Shown here: one piece after another, positions 32,163 to 34,146 of the stretch | Layout of the letters: each line of letters begins with the position of its first letter | How positions within the stretch are numbered: the first letter of the stretch is position 1 | Assembly (NCBI GenBank): GCA_046754205.1 | Contig: JBHHVK010000002.1 | Span: 1-34,146, forward strand | Direction: 5' to 3' | Origin: Thermodesulfobacteriota bacterium | Lineage (GTDB): Bacteria > Desulfobacterota > GWC2-55-46 > JBHHVK01 | Length of the DNA: 34,146 bases | Notes under the pieces: generated by a model | Told to the model about the DNA's origin: nothing | Seen by the model: only the letters and a program-made list of their open reading frames with translations | Database searches by the model: none | Program-made: the position numbers and the translations under genes

Positions 32163-33020
32163 GTGGCCGAAGGAACCGTCAAGGGGGGCGAGGGGGGGGG
32201 CGAGGGGGGGGGCGGGGGGTTGTCAGACGGCCTCGTCGGCGAGCTTTCCGCGCTCGCCGACGCCGCCGGAAGGGCGATACTCGAGATATACTCAGGGGCC
32301 GACTTCGGCACCACCTACAAGGACGACCGGAGCCCGCTGACCATGGCCGACGAGGCCTCAAACAGGGTCATCATCGCCGGGCTCGCCGACATCGCCCCGG
32401 GGATACCCGTCCTCTCCGAGGAGTCCGGGCAGGTCCCCTACGGCCGGAGAAGGGACTGGGAGAGGTTCTTCCTCGTCGACCCGCTCGACGGCACGAAGGA
32501 GTTCATCAAGCGTAACGGCGAGTTCACCGTCAATATCGCCCTCGTGGAAGGGGGCCGGCCCGTCGTCGGGGTGGTCCACTGCCCGGCTCTCGGGGTGACC
32601 TACTCGGGGGTTGCGGGCTCGGGCGCGAAGAAGGCCTCGAAAGGGGGTAGTATCGCGATAAGGGCCGGGGGCCCCGCTGGCGGCGCGCTCAAGGTCGTGG
32701 CCTCGAGGTCCCACAGGGGCGAGGCCACGGACAGGTTCGTCGAAAGGCTCCGCGCCGAGGGCCGCCAGGTCGAGTTCGTGGGCATGGGGAGCTCCTTGAA
32801 GCTCTGCCTCGTAGCCGAGGGGGCCGCCCACCTCTACCCGAGGTTCGGCCCCACCATGGAGTGGGATACCGCGGCGGCCCAGTGCGTGGTCGAGGCCGCG
32901 GGCGGCGCCGTCACCGACCTTGACGGGGCCCCGCTGGTGTACAACAAGGAGGACCTCTTAAACCCGTACTTCATGGTCGTGGGCGACCCGGCCTTCACAT
33001 GGCAACGGTACATCTACTGA
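32163..33020 (+). CDS. cysQ: 3'(2'),5'-bisphosphate nucleotidase
   Basis: SEESG, VDPLDGTKEF and WDTAAAQCVVEAAGG inositol-monophosphatase-family motifs. GTG 32163 has a GGGAGAGAGAG RBS but gives a Gly/Glu-rich N-terminus encoded by a G-run tract. TTG 32220 is an alternative start. Confidence 0.85.
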   Translation: MAEGTVKGGEGGGEGGGGGLSDGLVGELSALADAAGRAILEIYSGADFGTTYKDDRSPLTMADEASNRVIIAGLADIAPGIPVLSEESGQVPYGRRRDWERFFLVDPLDGTKEFIKRNGEFTVNIALVEGGRPVVGVVHCPALGVTYSGVAGSGAKKASKGGSIAIRAGGPAGGALKVVASRSHRGEATDRFVERLRAEGRQVEFVGMGSSLKLCLVAEGAAHLYPRFGPTMEWDTAAAQCVVEAAGGAVTDLDGAPLVYNKEDLLNPYFMVVGDPAFTWQRYIY

Positions 33021-33185
33021 GGGGCCGCAGGATTAATCTTAAAACCCGTACTTCATGGTCGTGGGCGACCCGGCCTTCACATGGCAACGGTACATCTACT
33101 GAGGGGCCGCAGGATTAATCTTAAAACCCGTACTTCATGGTAACGGGCGACCCGGCCTTCCCCTGGCGCGGATACATCGGCCGGG
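32961..33185 (+). repeat. 82-bp tandem repeat spanning the cysQ stop codon (two identical copies plus one diverged partial copy)
   Basis: 32961-33042 and 33043-33124 are identical base for base (AACCCGTACTTCATGGTCGTGGGCGACCCGGCCTTCACATGGCAACGGTACATCTACTGAGGGGCCGCAGGATTAATCTTAA). A third copy from 33125 shares the first 36 nt or so with three substitutions and then diverges. Confidence 0.95.
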
Positions 33186-33257
33186 GGGCGAGGGACATGA
33201 AAAACCTTTCTTCATAATACCACAAAGAGGATTACACGATAAGGAGGACGGCACAAG

Positions 33258-34146
33258 GTGACTAAGCTTATAGAGCCTCACGGAGGCGAACTCAAGGAAC
33301 TGATAGTGGCTGAAGCCGAGGCGGAGGCCCTCAAGGAAGAGGCACTGGGCCTCGTTTCATGGGACCTTACGGAGCGCCAGATGTGGGACGTGGAGATGCT
33401 CCTGAGCGGCGGGTTCAGCCCGCTCGAGGGTTTTCTCGGAAAGAAGGATTACGAGGCCGTCCTCGAAAAGATGAGGCTCGCCGACGGCACGATCTGGACC
33501 ATGCCCATAACCCTCGACGTGACCGCGGAGTTCGCCGAAGGCGTAAAGGAGGGTGACCGCGTGGCGCTGCGCGACCCCGAGGGGGTCCTCATGGCGGTCC
33601 TCACGGTTTCGGACAAATGGACCCCGGACAAAAAGAACGAGGCCGAGAAGGTCTTCGGCAGCGACGATACGGTGCACCCCGGCATCAACTACCTCCTTAA
33701 CATGGCAGGCCCCGTGTACCTCGGCGGGAGGCTCGAAGGCGTAGAGGCCCCGCGCCACTACGACTTCAAGGAGCTCCGCTACACCCCCAGGCAGTTGAGG
33801 GAGAAGTTCGAGCGCCTCGGCTGGCGCAAGATCGTCGCCTTCCAGACCCGAAACCCCATGCACCGGGCGCACCAGGAGCTGACCTTCCGCGCCGCCCAGA
33901 ACACCGAGGCGAACCTGTTGATCCACCCGGTCGTCGGCATGACCAAGCCCGGTGACATCGACCATTACTCGAGGATCCGCTGCTACGAGCACCTGATAGC
34001 CCACTACCCCGAGCAGTCCACGGCGCTTTCCCTCCTGCCGCTCGCCATGAGGATGGGCGGGCCCAGGGAGGCCGTGTGGCACGCCATAATCAGGAAGAAC
34101 TTCGGCTGCACCCACTTCATCGTGGGAAGGAACCACGCCGACCCGG
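33258..34146 (+). CDS. sat: Sulfate adenylyltransferase (ATP sulfurylase), 3' end outside the window
   Basis: Not in the ORF track because no stop lies in the window. My own translation from GTG 33258 (AAGGAGGA RBS 9 nt upstream) gives [17 protein letters not shown]...[11 protein letters not shown]...[16 protein letters not shown]...[12 protein letters not shown]...[10 protein letters not shown]. Confidence 0.88.
   Translation, partial: MTKLIEPHGGELKELIVAEAEAEALKEEALGLVSWDLTERQMWDVEMLLSGGFSPLEGFLGKKDYEAVLEKMRLADGTIWTMPITLDVTAEFAEGVKEGDRVALRDPEGVLMAVLTVSDKWTPDKKNEAEKVFGSDDTVHPGINYLLNMAGPVYLGGRLEGVEAPRHYDFKELRYTPRQLREKFERLGWRKIVAFQTRNPMHRAHQELTFRAAQNTEANLLIHPVVGMTKPGDIDHYSRIRCYEHLIAHYPEQSTALSLLPLAMRMGGPREAVWHAIIRKNFGCTHFIVGRNHADP

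Overview
GC-rich bacterial chromosomal window. All genes but one lie on the + strand, and there are no transposases, integrases or CRISPR arrays. It falls into four blocks.

(1) 1-5.0 kb: an SOS-type module and a helicase. It holds autoregulated lexA, a small unknown ORF and dinB, then a DEAD-box helicase behind a long structured leader.

(2) 5.2-13.4 kb: the classical cluster tRNA-Val, thrS, infC, rpmI, rplT, pheS, pheT, ihfA, a MerR-family gene and tRNA-Pro.

(3) 13.4-21.2 kb: a sensory and envelope block.
- An H-NOX gene translationally coupled to a PAS-GAF-HD-GYP phosphodiesterase.
- A convergent PEP-CTERM protein gene, the only minus-strand gene, with a textbook sigma-54 promoter.
- A MerR-TPR fusion, rimO and an HTH/Zn-ribbon protein.
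- An omptin-like outer-membrane barrel followed by a tri-haem cytochrome c.

(4) 21.3-34.1 kb: the most interesting part, a sulfur-assimilation supercluster opened by a SAM-I riboswitch.
- Riboswitch-led genes: a ThrC-like PLP enzyme, a small Dsr-like sulfite reductase, a TusA-like protein, a ThiS/MoaD-like carrier ending GG-SR, and a stand-alone NIL domain.
- Second unit, behind an unclassified structured leader: a CysM/CysK-like enzyme, a JAMM/MPN+ peptidase, a MoeB/ThiF E1-like enzyme, and an unusual C-x8-C-x2-C radical-SAM-like protein.
- Then a DASS permease, a Usp-like protein, APS-type cysH, cysQ and sat (3' truncated by the window edge).

I read this as a ubiquitin-like protein-thiocarboxylate system feeding both cysteine and homocysteine synthesis, with several unassigned components.

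Other recurring oddities:
- A dispersed family of G-run (G-quadruplex-type) spacers placed right after stop codons.
- An 82-bp tandem duplication across the cysQ stop codon.
- Twin hairpins with identical arms bracketing the H-NOX module.
- AT-rich, codon-atypical patches inside thrS and pheT.

All calls come from reading the sequence and the ORF track. No database search was run.
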